Made by a program: the position numbers and the translations under genes
Assembly: GCA_965248755.1 (NCBI GenBank)
Contig: OZ252149.1
Coordinates: forward strand, 2,432,001 to 2,496,000
Direction of reading: 5' to 3'
Length of the DNA: 64,000 bases
Source: Candidatus Latescibacterota bacterium
GTDB taxonomy: Bacteria; Latescibacterota; CBDEFO01
Shown: positions 29,142 through 39,487 of the stretch, one piece after another
Position numbering within the stretch: position 1 is the first letter of the stretch
Layout of the letters: each line of letters opens with the position of its first letter
Notes under the pieces: generated by a model
What the model was told of the DNA's origin: nothing
Database searches by the model: none
The model's input: only the letters and a program-made list of their open reading frames with translations

Positions 29142-29338
29142 TTATGCATAGTGTTTCACAAGGCTAGCTGGATAAGATTTTGACGGGGTACCAAATTGAA
29201 ATAGGACAAGGACTGGGATCCCAAAAAGTTTGCCGAAATCAAACAGGTTTGCAGGTAGGAAGAAAATTCTTATGGGAACTAACTTTTTAAGCCACATTTG
29301 GGCCTAATGATCCATTTATACATTTTTATCTTTTTTCT

Positions 29339-29689
29339 CTATGCCTTGGTGTCTATCGTCTGCCCCTTATCAGATTCGGCGGATTGTGGGCTCAAAGCGG
29401 TGTTATTCTGTTCTTCATCTTCTGAGTCTTGGGACTCATCTTTGTGCTGATGTTCTTCCGACAATAGGAGCTTGTCTTTTTCTTGGCGCCTTTTCTTATC
29501 TTTGTCTATCTGGGATTCCTTAGACTTAGAAGTTGCAACCGCTTTTTTGCGATTTGCCTCGGCGTTTTTTTGAAGCAGTTCCGCAAATTGCTTTTGGTTT
29601 GCGTCCGGCTGCTGCCTTTGCACATCGACCATCTTTTCCACGATCTGGGTCTTGGAAAGGATGTTCTGAATATCTATTGAATCGGCCAT
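29339..29689 (-). CDS. Hypothetical charged protein
   Basis: 116-aa ORF with AAGGTGG RBS-like sequence. Confidence 0.6.
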   Translation of the reverse strand: MADSIDIQNILSKTQIVEKMVDVQRQQPDANQKQFAELLQKNAEANRKKAVATSKSKESQIDKDKKRRQEKDKLLLSEEHQHKDESQDSEDEEQNNTALSPQSAESDKGQTIDTKA

Positions 29690-29935
29690 CGGACGACCAC
29701 CACCTTATAAAAGAAATAGGACGAAGAACAGGAGTCAAGCCTATATCTGTACTTACATCTAACATCCGAAGCATCTTTAGTCTCTTTTAAAGGATGGAGA
29801 TAGGGATAGTTCAAGCTGACTTGTTCTACTCTTATTATCGGAAGAACCGTCCTGAATCTTTAATAATCTGTGCCCAGCTAGGTAAAAGGAGAGGGAACCT
29901 TAATGGCTCCCATCTGGTATTTGTAATGACCAAAG

Positions 29936-29963
29936 AAAAAGCCCGCCATCTCTGACGGGCTGT
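29936..29963 (-). terminator. Intrinsic terminator (near-identical hairpin at 39423-39449)
   Basis: Minus strand AGCCCGTCAGAGATGGCGGGCT followed by T run. Confidence 0.65.
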
Positions 29964-29989
29964 GAATTCAAGGCTCACTGTTGAGAAGC

Positions 29990-30151
29990 CTATGCCGACT
30001 TACTCGTCAGATGTTGACGGTTTTCATTCCACTTATACCGGCGAAGTGTCCTTTGAGCCCCAGTAAGAGACTTCCACTGCTTGCGTATATATCCTGGGTG
30101 TATCCAACAGTTATTGGGAGCTTCCACGTTAGCGCCGAAAGTCCTCTGCAT
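29990..30151 (-). CDS. Possible small protein (53 aa)
   Basis: GAGGAGG RBS before ATG; terminator just downstream. Confidence 0.35.
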   Translation of the reverse strand: MQRTFGANVEAPNNCWIHPGYIRKQWKSLTGAQRTLRRYKWNENRQHLTSKSA

Positions 30152-30755
30152 ACAGTCCTCCTCTAACATTTTCTCTACAGAGCATATCCCGATATCCACT
30201 GTGCGCCTCAAAGTTCTCGCCCTGGCTCTGGTAGCTGACATGCTGATAATGTGGAGAAGCGACACTTCGGATCTATTACAATTGACTTTCCGATTCATTC
30301 TTCATATATTGGCAGTGAGCAGCAGAGCTACTTTTACCTATTTACAAAGACAAAAAGTAGGGTCGGAGAGGATTATAGCTTATGCCTCGACACCAAACTA
30401 TATTTTTGAAGAGTTTTCTCCTGCTTTTTTGCCAATATCGTCTCAATCTTCTGTCCATGATCCTCAGCTTGAAGATTAACAATTGCTCTGAGCAACCGTT
30501 CGGTTACAATAGTTCATGGCTAGGGTACACCGAGGGCAGTCAGGGCTTCTAAGACTCCTAGGAAAGCTCGAGCAGCCATAAGACCAGAGTCGCCCGGGCA
30601 CGGGATATACGAGCTTCGGAGCCAAGTTAGCCCGAGAGGAGTAGTCATTTGGGAAAATCTACGTTACCTGAGTTTCATCGCGTCCCCAAGATGGTAGATG
30701 AATAAAGAGCCTCTCGAAAGTGATTTCTTATCTATATTGAGGAAAGGGATCATAG

Positions 30756-32228
30756 ATGCAACACGAGAGTGACAAAAATCCCCCTGGCTTTGAACTTATG
30801 TGTACACTTCAAGGTGACGAGGAGCAGATCTCCTCTATCGCATGGGTATCAGATGCTCCAATGCTTGCCTCGGGATCATGGGACGAAACCGTTAGGCTAT
30901 GGGATGTGGAAAGTGGAGAACTTCGCCAAGTGCTCGGAGGTCTCTCCAATACCAACTATGTGTCATGGTCGCCTGACAGTCGAACGGTTGCCATATGGTA
31001 TAGCAACACTATTAAACTTTGGGATGTAGAGGCCAGGAAAATCCGCAGCCTGATTCGAGAGAGCTTCTCTGGTGTCAATAGTGTGGCATGGTCTCCAGAT
31101 GGACAGACACTTGCCTTTGGCAGTAGCGATGGCATGATCCGACTATGGGACGTGAAGGGTAGGAACGTCCGCCGCACATTTGAAGGACACTACAACGATA
31201 CAGTCAATAGTGTGGCATGGTATCCAGATGGACAGACACTTGCTTATGGTAGTAATAATGGCATTATCCGAATATTAAATGCCAAGACATGGAAGTTGCG
31301 CCGATCATTCGAAGGACACTACAACGATACAGTCAATAATGTGGCGTGGTCTCCAGATGGACAGACACTCGCCTCGCAAATCTCGCAAGGACATGATGCA
31401 TCCTCCTTGCCACAGTCCATCGAGCTTTGGAACGCCAAAACGGGACAGCGACTGAGTGTTCTCAAAGGATACAAGGGTCAGATCACTTCTACCTCCTTTT
31501 CTTCGGACTCTCGCCTTCTTGCCTCCAGATCCTATTACGGCAATCTCTGTCTCTGGCGCTGTGACACCTGGGAGAAAGTAGTGGTCATTAAAGAACCACA
31601 TATCCCGCCGTTTTCTGACTTTGCTTTCCATCCGAAGATGCCCATACTGGCTGCGGTCGCTGAAGCAGGTATTGTCATCCACATCTGGAACCTAGACATC
31701 GACGCCCTGCTGGATACAGACCACGCTGTTGACGCTAAGAGAGAACCCGGCATTCGGGTATCAAAAAAAGAGGGAAAGGACGTTGACCTGTCCAAAGGGC
31801 AGGAAGAGGACTATAAAAGATTTGAGTATAAGTGCCGTGACAAGGTCTATATCCCTGGCACTATCCCAATGAAGCGAAGCAATCTCATAGACGTTAATGG
31901 AAATGAGATAGGAATCGCAGATTACATTTTTGTCCTGTTTTTATCCCTTGTAGCGGAATTGCGGAAGAAAGAAGGCGGCTGGGTCCATGTACCCACGTTG
32001 ATGAATGATGGGAGAGTTACAAATGGATTGAAACCTCAGACTTTCAGCAATCTCAGGACACAGTTGAAGGGAAGCTTGTTGGACAAGGAGGTCTTGAAGT
32101 TCATCCAGAACGACGGATCTGGTAACTACCGTGTCTCTACCCATCCCGACTTTATCAGCTATGACAAGCAAAAACTGATCAATCACCCTAACCCTGATAT
32201 CAGAAAAGTTGCAGAGGAATTGCCTTAA
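30756..32228 (+). CDS. WD40-repeat protein with C-terminal putative winged-helix domain
   Basis: About seven WD40 repeats (VNSVAWSPDGQTLAFGSSDGMIRLWD); distinct 150-aa C-terminal domain. Confidence 0.85.
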   Translation: MQHESDKNPPGFELMCTLQGDEEQISSIAWVSDAPMLASGSWDETVRLWDVESGELRQVLGGLSNTNYVSWSPDSRTVAIWYSNTIKLWDVEARKIRSLIRESFSGVNSVAWSPDGQTLAFGSSDGMIRLWDVKGRNVRRTFEGHYNDTVNSVAWYPDGQTLAYGSNNGIIRILNAKTWKLRRSFEGHYNDTVNNVAWSPDGQTLASQISQGHDASSLPQSIELWNAKTGQRLSVLKGYKGQITSTSFSSDSRLLASRSYYGNLCLWRCDTWEKVVVIKEPHIPPFSDFAFHPKMPILAAVAEAGIVIHIWNLDIDALLDTDHAVDAKREPGIRVSKKEGKDVDLSKGQEEDYKRFEYKCRDKVYIPGTIPMKRSNLIDVNGNEIGIADYIFVLFLSLVAELRKKEGGWVHVPTLMNDGRVTNGLKPQTFSNLRTQLKGSLLDKEVLKFIQNDGSGNYRVSTHPDFISYDKQKLINHPNPDIRKVAEELP

Positions 32229-32240
32229 AGAGTTGAATCA

Positions 32241-32370
32241 TCACGCGGAGCTTTGTACGAGGATAGCCTCAGGCAGAAGACTGATTCTGGTATGACCCTT
32301 GGCGCTCTGCTTCATTTCTAGCTTCGACTTATCCCACAAAAGTACGCTTTGGGACACCAATCCGGGGTGC
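32241..32370 (-). repeat. LSR-tail / att-like junction repeat 1
   Basis: 130-bp ungapped homolog of 39232-39361 and 46828-46957; encodes HPGLVSQSVLLWDKSKLEMKQSAKGHTRISLLPEAILVQSSA*. Confidence 0.88.
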
Positions 32371-32421
32371 AATAAATAACAACGAGTTACGACAATTACT
32401 TCGTAGTCACTTTCTTTTTTT

Positions 32422-32592
32422 CTACTGTTTTTCTACTGTAAATTTCCCCAACCCCACGAACAACTGGTTATCCAGTCGCTCTGTCGCCTCTTGGTGAAAT
32501 TCCGGCATCAGGTGACCATACCGATCCAGGGTTGTTGTGATAGACGCATGACCAAGCTGTTTCTAGATGTACTTGGGACTTTCCCCTTGAGC
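32422..32592 (-). pseudogene. Tyrosine recombinase (phage integrase) C-terminal remnant
   Basis: Manual translation AQGESPKYI*KQLGHASITTTLDRYGHLMPE with the LGH...Y catalytic box and an internal stop. Confidence 0.85.
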
Positions 32593-32788
32593 GGCATGCT
32601 ATTACAACTATTAACTTGCATAAAAACTAAGGACACTATGAAACAGAATTACCCGATACTACACTTTTTGGAGAAGACCCAAATCATATTAAACCATTTC
32701 GCCTTGCTATGCGTCTAAAACAGGTGAAAGAAGGAGCGCTCTAAACAAATATGGTTGTACATAACCTACAAAACAAGGAGGAAAACCG

Positions 32789-33249
32789 ATGATCAAGCGC
32801 ACATCTGCCTTAGGAATTATTTCAGCGGCGCTATTTGCTCTCTACTGATGTGTAGAGAACGGAAGCCCTATTCCTACCGCCGATACGGAATCAGAAAGCA
32901 TAAACTGTGCTGCTCTTACTGGGGACGATACCGTTGAGCCCGTGGGCAGCCCTGCGACGCAAGTCGGAAACTTGGCAAGAATGGCTGCTTTCCTCGGCCT
33001 CTCCGAAGGCCAAGTAGATGCGTTCAAGGAAATCAGGGAAAACAGCCGAGAGGAAGGAGAGGCTCTCTTTGAGGAACTGAAGACATACGGAGCGTACAGA
33101 GAAGGAATCAGAACAGCCAGCAGGAATTACACCAGCAGGAAAACGAAGAGATATTAGCCCTCCTTGACGATGAGCAAAAGGCCAAATGGGAGGAATTTCA
33201 AACGAAAATGCGGGAAAGGCGGCAGGATAATATAGGAAGACACAATTAA
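32789..33249 (+). pseudogene. Spy/CpxP-like lipoprotein pseudogene
   Basis: AGGAGG RBS; signal peptide ends LFALY*C (stop in lipobox); LGLSEGQ and LLDDEQKAKW LTxxQ-like motifs in different frames. Confidence 0.65.
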
Positions 33250-33282
33250 GCACGCTACATTTTTCAAAGTAATTGAAGATCG

Positions 33283-33334
33283 GGGGGTCTAACGTCCGTC
33301 ATGTCGAATTCACAGACGTTACACCCCTTTTTTT
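33283..33334 (+). terminator. Intrinsic terminator
   Basis: GGGGTCTAACGTC...GACGTTACACCCC followed by T7. Confidence 0.6.
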
Positions 33335-33414
33335 CTCTTTCCCCAAGAAAGTTAAGTCTCTCCTGACAAAACGTATAATGTTGTGTCACTACTTTCTTTA
33401 AAGGAGGTCAAGCT

Positions 33415-35748
33415 ATGTATAGCTTCTCAAGAATCTCTCTGGCGAACGCAGCTATTCTGATCGCGCTTTTTGGTGCTTCCCCTTCTTCTGCTAAACAGCC
33501 GGTCATCAGTGCCCGTCCCTTAGGTATGGGAGAGACCTTCCTGGCGATAGCTGACGATGGCAACGCCCTGTTCTGGAATCCAGCAGGATTGCCCTCGTTG
33601 GGGCACCATGAGATTGTCAGCGGCTACACTGATCTCTTCGGAATCGGTATAAAGAATAACATCATAGGATACGTCTTCCCTATGGCGAACAACTATGCCC
33701 TTGGGTTTGACTGGGCACATTTAAGCTTTGAGGATACTGAATTAGGTTATAAGAAAGATAGCTTCAAGTTATCCTACGGGCATAGAGTCTGGCAGGAACT
33801 TTCCTTTGGCTCTGCTTTAAGATATATCACCACAGATGTGATTCTGGACTCATACTCGTTGGGGAAAGCTTCTGGATGGGGATTGGATATGAGTTTTTTG
33901 TATGCCCCTGTCAAGTGGCTGAAATTGGGGATGGTGGTTCAGGATGTGACAGATACCAACGTGGAGTATGATGACGGGAGTACGGAGGTAATTGATCCCA
34001 GATCGTTCCAGTTCGGGACGGCCTATCGGCCGATAGACGATCTGACGGTGGCCCTGGATGTGGACGATCAACTCCATTTCGGAGGGGAATACTGGCTCAG
34101 CAACAACATGCTGGGACTGAGAGGTGGTCTACAGAAGGACCTGGATACCTCGGAGCCGATGACGTATTCGGGCGGAGCGAGCATCCGCTATAAGCTGTTC
34201 CAGTTCGATTACGCCTATGTAATACCGCCGACTCTGCCCTCCAGCCATCGCTTCTCCCTGTCTCTCTCCTTCAACCTGTATCCTTCGATGGTGCGGATCA
34301 CGGAGACAGAGATCAATAACCTGTTCCCGGCGTTCCACAAGCGCTATGGCGTGCATCCACTGGGGAATGTGAAATTGGTCAACAGGGACGACAAACCCTA
34401 TCAGACTATGGTAAGCTTCTATATCCCCAAGCTGATGGATGCCCCTACAGAACAGCAGGTTATCATCCGGCCGAAGGAGACGAAGGAGGTTGGGCTTAAA
34501 GGGGTCTTTTCCAGTTCCATCACCGATTTGACCGAGGATATACTGACGCAGGCGGAAGTCAGGGTCTCCTATACGACAGAGCGCAAGACGAGGTCGGACA
34601 GGGAGTCGGCCAGTTTCTATGTCTACAGTCGCAATGCGACTACCTGGGACGATCTGGGGAAGGCGGCGGCCTTTATCACATCCAATGACCCGATCATAGC
34701 TGGATTCGCCCGGCCCACGTTGGTCTCGTTCGAGGAGGAGATCAAGAACCTGGGGCGTGGCAGTAGGAATCTGATGAGGGCGATGGTGCTCTTCGATGCG
34801 GTGAACGAGTACGGGGTGCGCTACATCTCCGATTCCAACAATCCCTACTCCCGAATATCTGCGGACAAATCTGCAGTGGACAACATTCAGTATCCTGTCG
34901 AGGTGTTGAAGAAGAAGTCGGGGGACTGCGACGATCTCACCGTGCTCTATTGCGCTCTTTTGGAGAACGTCGGTATTCCCACGGCGTTAGTGGATGCCCC
35001 TGGACATATCTATATGATGTTCGACAGCGGTGTTCCTATCCAAAAGGCCTACAGTCTCCCTATAGGCGAGAAACTGTATGTAGTTCGGGACGGCAATATT
35101 TGGATCCCTGTGGAGATCACCTTGTTCGGGAAATCGTTTATCGAGGCCTGGCGGTCCGGGGCAGGTGAATCCGCAAGTCTCTTGGAGGAGGGCAGACTCA
35201 GGGTCGTTGACACTTCGGATGCATGGCAGGAGTATGAACCTTCCCCTCCTAAATTTGAGGTGGAGATTTCCGTACCAACCAAGGAGCATATAACGGGAGT
35301 TTTCTCCTCAGATCGGTCGGGCTTGAAGGAGATGATGAATGCCTTTATAGAGCGCACCCACCTTGGGCCTCTGGGGGAGAGTCCAGAAGATTTTGATCTG
35401 CACTTTAACCTTGCCCGGATCTACACAGCGATCCGTGAGTACGAGCGTTCGATCTCCGAATATCAACGGCTCTTAAAGTCAGGTGCGGATCCTGCTCGTA
35501 TATATAACAATATAGGGAGACCCTACTTTTTGAAAGGAGAAGTAAGAGAGGCAGCTCACAGCTTCAAGCAGGCTATGGACTTGGATCCGACCGATGAGGG
35601 GGTCAAAAACAACTTCGAGTTGGCAATGTCATTTTTGGGGGAGGAAGAGCGGATAGCCTTTGCAAGAGAGATCGGCGCATCCTTGCCTGAGGGGCTCAAG
35701 GCAGCGGACTTTGAGGTGGATGAGGAAAGCATCTACTGGAGGGAGTAG
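33415..35748 (+). CDS. PorV/PorQ-like beta-barrel fused to transglutaminase-like and TPR domains
   Basis: SARPLGMGETFLAIADDGNALFWNPAGL; GDCDDLTVLYCALLE...PGHIY; C-terminal TPR. Confidence 0.8.
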   Translation: MYSFSRISLANAAILIALFGASPSSAKQPVISARPLGMGETFLAIADDGNALFWNPAGLPSLGHHEIVSGYTDLFGIGIKNNIIGYVFPMANNYALGFDWAHLSFEDTELGYKKDSFKLSYGHRVWQELSFGSALRYITTDVILDSYSLGKASGWGLDMSFLYAPVKWLKLGMVVQDVTDTNVEYDDGSTEVIDPRSFQFGTAYRPIDDLTVALDVDDQLHFGGEYWLSNNMLGLRGGLQKDLDTSEPMTYSGGASIRYKLFQFDYAYVIPPTLPSSHRFSLSLSFNLYPSMVRITETEINNLFPAFHKRYGVHPLGNVKLVNRDDKPYQTMVSFYIPKLMDAPTEQQVIIRPKETKEVGLKGVFSSSITDLTEDILTQAEVRVSYTTERKTRSDRESASFYVYSRNATTWDDLGKAAAFITSNDPIIAGFARPTLVSFEEEIKNLGRGSRNLMRAMVLFDAVNEYGVRYISDSNNPYSRISADKSAVDNIQYPVEVLKKKSGDCDDLTVLYCALLENVGIPTALVDAPGHIYMMFDSGVPIQKAYSLPIGEKLYVVRDGNIWIPVEITLFGKSFIEAWRSGAGESASLLEEGRLRVVDTSDAWQEYEPSPPKFEVEISVPTKEHITGVFSSDRSGLKEMMNAFIERTHLGPLGESPEDFDLHFNLARIYTAIREYERSISEYQRLLKSGADPARIYNNIGRPYFLKGEVREAAHSFKQAMDLDPTDEGVKNNFELAMSFLGEEERIAFAREIGASLPEGLKAADFEVDEESIYWRE

Positions 35749-35783
35749 GGATCGCTGATTAATGTTGATAAAAGGAGCAAAAG

Positions 35784-38700
35784 ATGCACATGGACATTTG
35801 TCGGATAACGACGCTAACGGCGGTCATCGCCGTTGTCATCTTCGCCACAACTGCAAGTGCGGCAGAGTGGGAAAGCTTCACCACCGAAGATGGCCTGGCG
35901 GACAACACGGTCACATCCATCTTAGAGGACAGTGAAGGCAACTTGTGGTTTGGAACTTTAGGCGGTGTGAGCCGCTATGATGGGACGTGGACAACTTACA
36001 CCATAGAAGATGGTCTGGCAGATGACCTTGTCTTGACAATCTTAGAGGATCAAGACGGCAACCTCTGGTTTGGCACTAGAGAAGGCGTAAGCCGTTATGA
36101 TGGGCAAAGCTGGAGGACCTTCACTACTGAAGACGGTGTGCCAGACAACATAGTCAATGCTATCTTAGAAGACAGAGAGGGCAACATGTGGTTTGGCACT
36201 AGAGAAGGCGTAAGCCGCTATGATGGGGAAAGATGGACAACCTACACTACAGCAGATGGTCTGGCGCACAATGAGGTCCATTCGATCTTAGAGGATAGTG
36301 AGGGCAACCTGTGGTTTGGCACTCGTAGAGGCGCAAGTCGCTATGATGGGGAAACGTGGAATAGGGACACAATAAACGGTCACCTGGCCAACGATGTCCA
36401 GGCGATCCTAGAGGATAGAGATGACAACTTCTGGTTTGCAACTTCGGGAGGAGGCGTAAGCCGGTACGATGGCGAAACGTGGACGACATACGATAAGGAA
36501 AATGGTCTGGTGAACGACCGGGTCAGTGCGATCTTAGAGGATAGTGAGGGCAACCTGTGGTTTGGACATAGCTTGGATGTAAGGAGCGGAACTGGGGGCA
36601 TCACTCGCTATAACGGGCAGAGATGGACAACCTACACCACAGATGATGGGCTGGCGGACAACTGGGTCAGAGCGATCTTAGAGGATAGTGAGGGCAACCT
36701 GTGGTTTGGCACTAATGGGGGCGCGAGCCGCTATGATGCAACGTGGACGACATACACCATAGAAGATGGACTGGGACACAACCAGGTCTGGACGATCTTA
36801 GAGGATAGTAGAGAAAACCTGTGGTTTGGAACTAGAGAGAGTGGCGTGAGTCGCTACGATGGCAAGATATGGACTACCTTCACCACAGCAGATGGCCTGG
36901 CAGGCAACTGGATCAGGACTATCTATGAGGATCGAGAGGGCAACCTGTGGTTTGGAACTAGAGAAGGCGTAAGCCGCTATGATGGCCAAAGCTGGAAGAC
37001 CTATACCAGAGACAGCACGAATGGTGGTCTGGCATTAGACATTGTCAATGCGATACTGGAGGATACAGCGGGGAATCTATGGTTTGGAACTGAGATGAGA
37101 GGCGTAAGTCGATATGATGGGACAACATGGATAACATACACTGAAGATGATGGCTTGGCACACAACAGGGTCAATGAGATCTTGAAGGATAGTGAAGGCA
37201 ACCTATGGTTTGGAACCAGTGAGGGCGTTAGCCGCTATGATGGGGAAATTTGGAAAACCTACGGCGAGATTGATGGACTCGTTAATAACTCGGTCATGGT
37301 GATCATGGAGGATAGAGAGAGCAACTTATGGTTTGGTACTGGATCAGGTCGAATTGATGGGGGCATAAGCCACTATGATGGGGAGACGTGGACGACATAT
37401 ACCAGAGAAGATGGGCTGGCAAACGACTTTGTCAATGCGATCATGGAGGATAGTGGGGGCAACTTGTGGTTTGGAACTCAAGCAGGCCTGAGCCGCTTTG
37501 ACGGGGAGAGATGGATTACGTATTCCGCAGCTGATGGCCTGGCAGACAGCAGGGTTAATGCAATCTTGGAGGATAGTGACGGCCACCTGTGGTTTGGAAC
37601 TGGTGGAGGGGTAACCAGATACAGAGTTGAAAGAACGCCGCCCAACACATTTATATTAGATGGTCCAGGAGAAATAATCGGCGTCCCACAAGCTTTCTTC
37701 GAATATAATGGTGGGGATAGGTATTCACCAGACGAAGATGTGCAATTTGGGCATGCCATCAAGAACGATCAAGACAAGCCCATTCAAGCCGATTGGTCGA
37801 GTTTTACAGATCACACCTCTACCCTTACAGATCCCCTTCCCAACGGCACCTATACGTTCTACGTACGAGGAAGGGACGAAGTGGGTAACATCGATCTTTC
37901 TCCTGCCAAAAGGAGCTTCACTGTCGAATTAACCCCGCCGATAGTGGCGATCAGTTCCCCATCGAGCAACGAAATTACTCATGGTAATGTAAACATCCGG
38001 GGCTCGGCCTTTGACAACTCCGATATCCCCAACTTTGGGAGCTATACGTTGGAATACGGGAAAGGATCGGATGAGGACAAGATATCAGAATGGCTTAGTA
38101 TAAGGGATAGAGCGGTTAAGCCTGTCGTAAATGACCTTTTAGGCATGTGGGACACCGAGGGGCTATTCGGCACCTATGTCCTCAGGCTTAGCGCTGTGGA
38201 CGGCTTCGATCACAGGAGCAAGTATGCCATCACCGTCCACGTGGTTGCGGCAGCCGTTGAGGTAGATCACAGTAGTGGAGGACATATCACCGATTCAGCG
38301 AGCAACGTGGATCTCTACATTCCCCCCAATGGCATTCCCAAGAGCACGCAGGTGACGATCACTCCCATTGCGCTTGAAGGTGTCGCAAAGCCCTCTGCTC
38401 TGAATTTGCACCTTACTGGGATGGCATACGACATCGGTCCGAAGGATCTTGCGGTGCTGAAACCTGTAACCTTTACGATGTCCCTTGATAAAGTTGAGAT
38501 AGCTGAGGTGCCAGATCTTGACAAGTTGGCAATCTTTACCCGGTCATCTTCGGACAATCCCTGGGAAAGAGTCGGTGGCACGGTCGATGAGAGGACAGGG
38601 AAGATGATAGTAGCCCTCACACACTTTGGGAGATTCGCGGTTATGGAGGATCTTTCTGAGGAAGAAGGAAAGCTTTCCATTTCGGATGTGAACTGTCAGC

Positions 38701-38978
38701 CGAGGGTGTTCTCCCCGGAGGGAGGAGCATATGACACCAAGACCACGTTATCCTTTAATCTTGGAAGAAGGTCAGAGGTTACAGTGAAGGTCTACGATGT
38801 CTCAGGACGTTTCAAGAGGAGGTTGCTCAAGGATAGAACGATGAATCGGGGTAGCAACGCGGTAGTCTGGGATGGCAGGGATCATCATGGGAAGGTAGTA
38901 GTCAATGCACTGTATGTGGTGGCTGTGGAGGCTAATGGGAAGGTGGAGACGAAGACGGTAGTAGTATTGAACAAGTGA
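35784..38978 (+). CDS. Secreted beta-propeller (two-component regulator propeller repeats) with FlgD-Ig-like tail
   Basis: About 14 repeats of DGLA.N.V.AILED.EGNLWFGT..GVSRYDG; VWDGRD C-terminal motif; signal peptide. Confidence 0.88.
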   Translation: MHMDICRITTLTAVIAVVIFATTASAAEWESFTTEDGLADNTVTSILEDSEGNLWFGTLGGVSRYDGTWTTYTIEDGLADDLVLTILEDQDGNLWFGTREGVSRYDGQSWRTFTTEDGVPDNIVNAILEDREGNMWFGTREGVSRYDGERWTTYTTADGLAHNEVHSILEDSEGNLWFGTRRGASRYDGETWNRDTINGHLANDVQAILEDRDDNFWFATSGGGVSRYDGETWTTYDKENGLVNDRVSAILEDSEGNLWFGHSLDVRSGTGGITRYNGQRWTTYTTDDGLADNWVRAILEDSEGNLWFGTNGGASRYDATWTTYTIEDGLGHNQVWTILEDSRENLWFGTRESGVSRYDGKIWTTFTTADGLAGNWIRTIYEDREGNLWFGTREGVSRYDGQSWKTYTRDSTNGGLALDIVNAILEDTAGNLWFGTEMRGVSRYDGTTWITYTEDDGLAHNRVNEILKDSEGNLWFGTSEGVSRYDGEIWKTYGEIDGLVNNSVMVIMEDRESNLWFGTGSGRIDGGISHYDGETWTTYTREDGLANDFVNAIMEDSGGNLWFGTQAGLSRFDGERWITYSAADGLADSRVNAILEDSDGHLWFGTGGGVTRYRVERTPPNTFILDGPGEIIGVPQAFFEYNGGDRYSPDEDVQFGHAIKNDQDKPIQADWSSFTDHTSTLTDPLPNGTYTFYVRGRDEVGNIDLSPAKRSFTVELTPPIVAISSPSSNEITHGNVNIRGSAFDNSDIPNFGSYTLEYGKGSDEDKISEWLSIRDRAVKPVVNDLLGMWDTEGLFGTYVLRLSAVDGFDHRSKYAITVHVVAAAVEVDHSSGGHITDSASNVDLYIPPNGIPKSTQVTITPIALEGVAKPSALNLHLTGMAYDIGPKDLAVLKPVTFTMSLDKVEIAEVPDLDKLAIFTRSSSDNPWERVGGTVDERTGKMIVALTHFGRFAVMEDLSEEEGKLSISDVNCQPRVFSPEGGAYDTKTTLSFNLGRRSEVTVKVYDVSGRFKRRLLKDRTMNRGSNAVVWDGRDHHGKVVVNALYVVAVEANGKVETKTVVVLNK

Positions 38979-39231
38979 TTTCGGGACAGGACATACTGAA
39001 GGGATGAGGTCACAGGGAGTGTGCTGATGATAAATAGTTAAGTGCCCACGAAGTAAGTTTGCGTCACTTGTAATTATAGGAACTAAAACTGAAGTGCTAA
39101 AATGTTGAGACACCTGAAGCGATCTTTCACCTACGAGGGAAGTATATGAAAACTTCGAGTATCACCTCTGTGTCCGTCTGGTTCTTTTAGCAGACACCGT
39201 TGACAACGTTGACGCAATGAAAGGAAAAGCG

Positions 39232-39361
39232 TTAGGCGGTGCTTTGTACTGGGATAGACTCAGGAAGAAGACTGATTCTTGTATGACCTGTTGCTACTCG
39301 TTTCATTTTCAGCCTTGACTCATCCCACAAAAGTACGCTTTGGGACATCAGCCCGGGGTGC
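39232..39361 (-). repeat. LSR-tail / att-like junction repeat 2
   Basis: Encodes HPGLMSQSVLLWDESRLKMKRVATGHTRISLLPESIPVQSTA*; weak similarity to the LSR gene continues to about 39400. Confidence 0.88.
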
Positions 39362-39487
39362 GAAATTCGTTCTAGAAACTTACTGCCCCTAAAGTTGGTA
39401 TAGCGTAAATGATCAAATAGAAGAAGCCCGCCATTTCTGACGGGCTGTGTGTCCAATCTTGTACGGTGCACAAAAAGGTCTGGAAAT

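Noticed and set aside
32491..32718. Plus-strand 75-aa ORF
   Set aside because: Antisense shadow of the tyrosine integrase remnant
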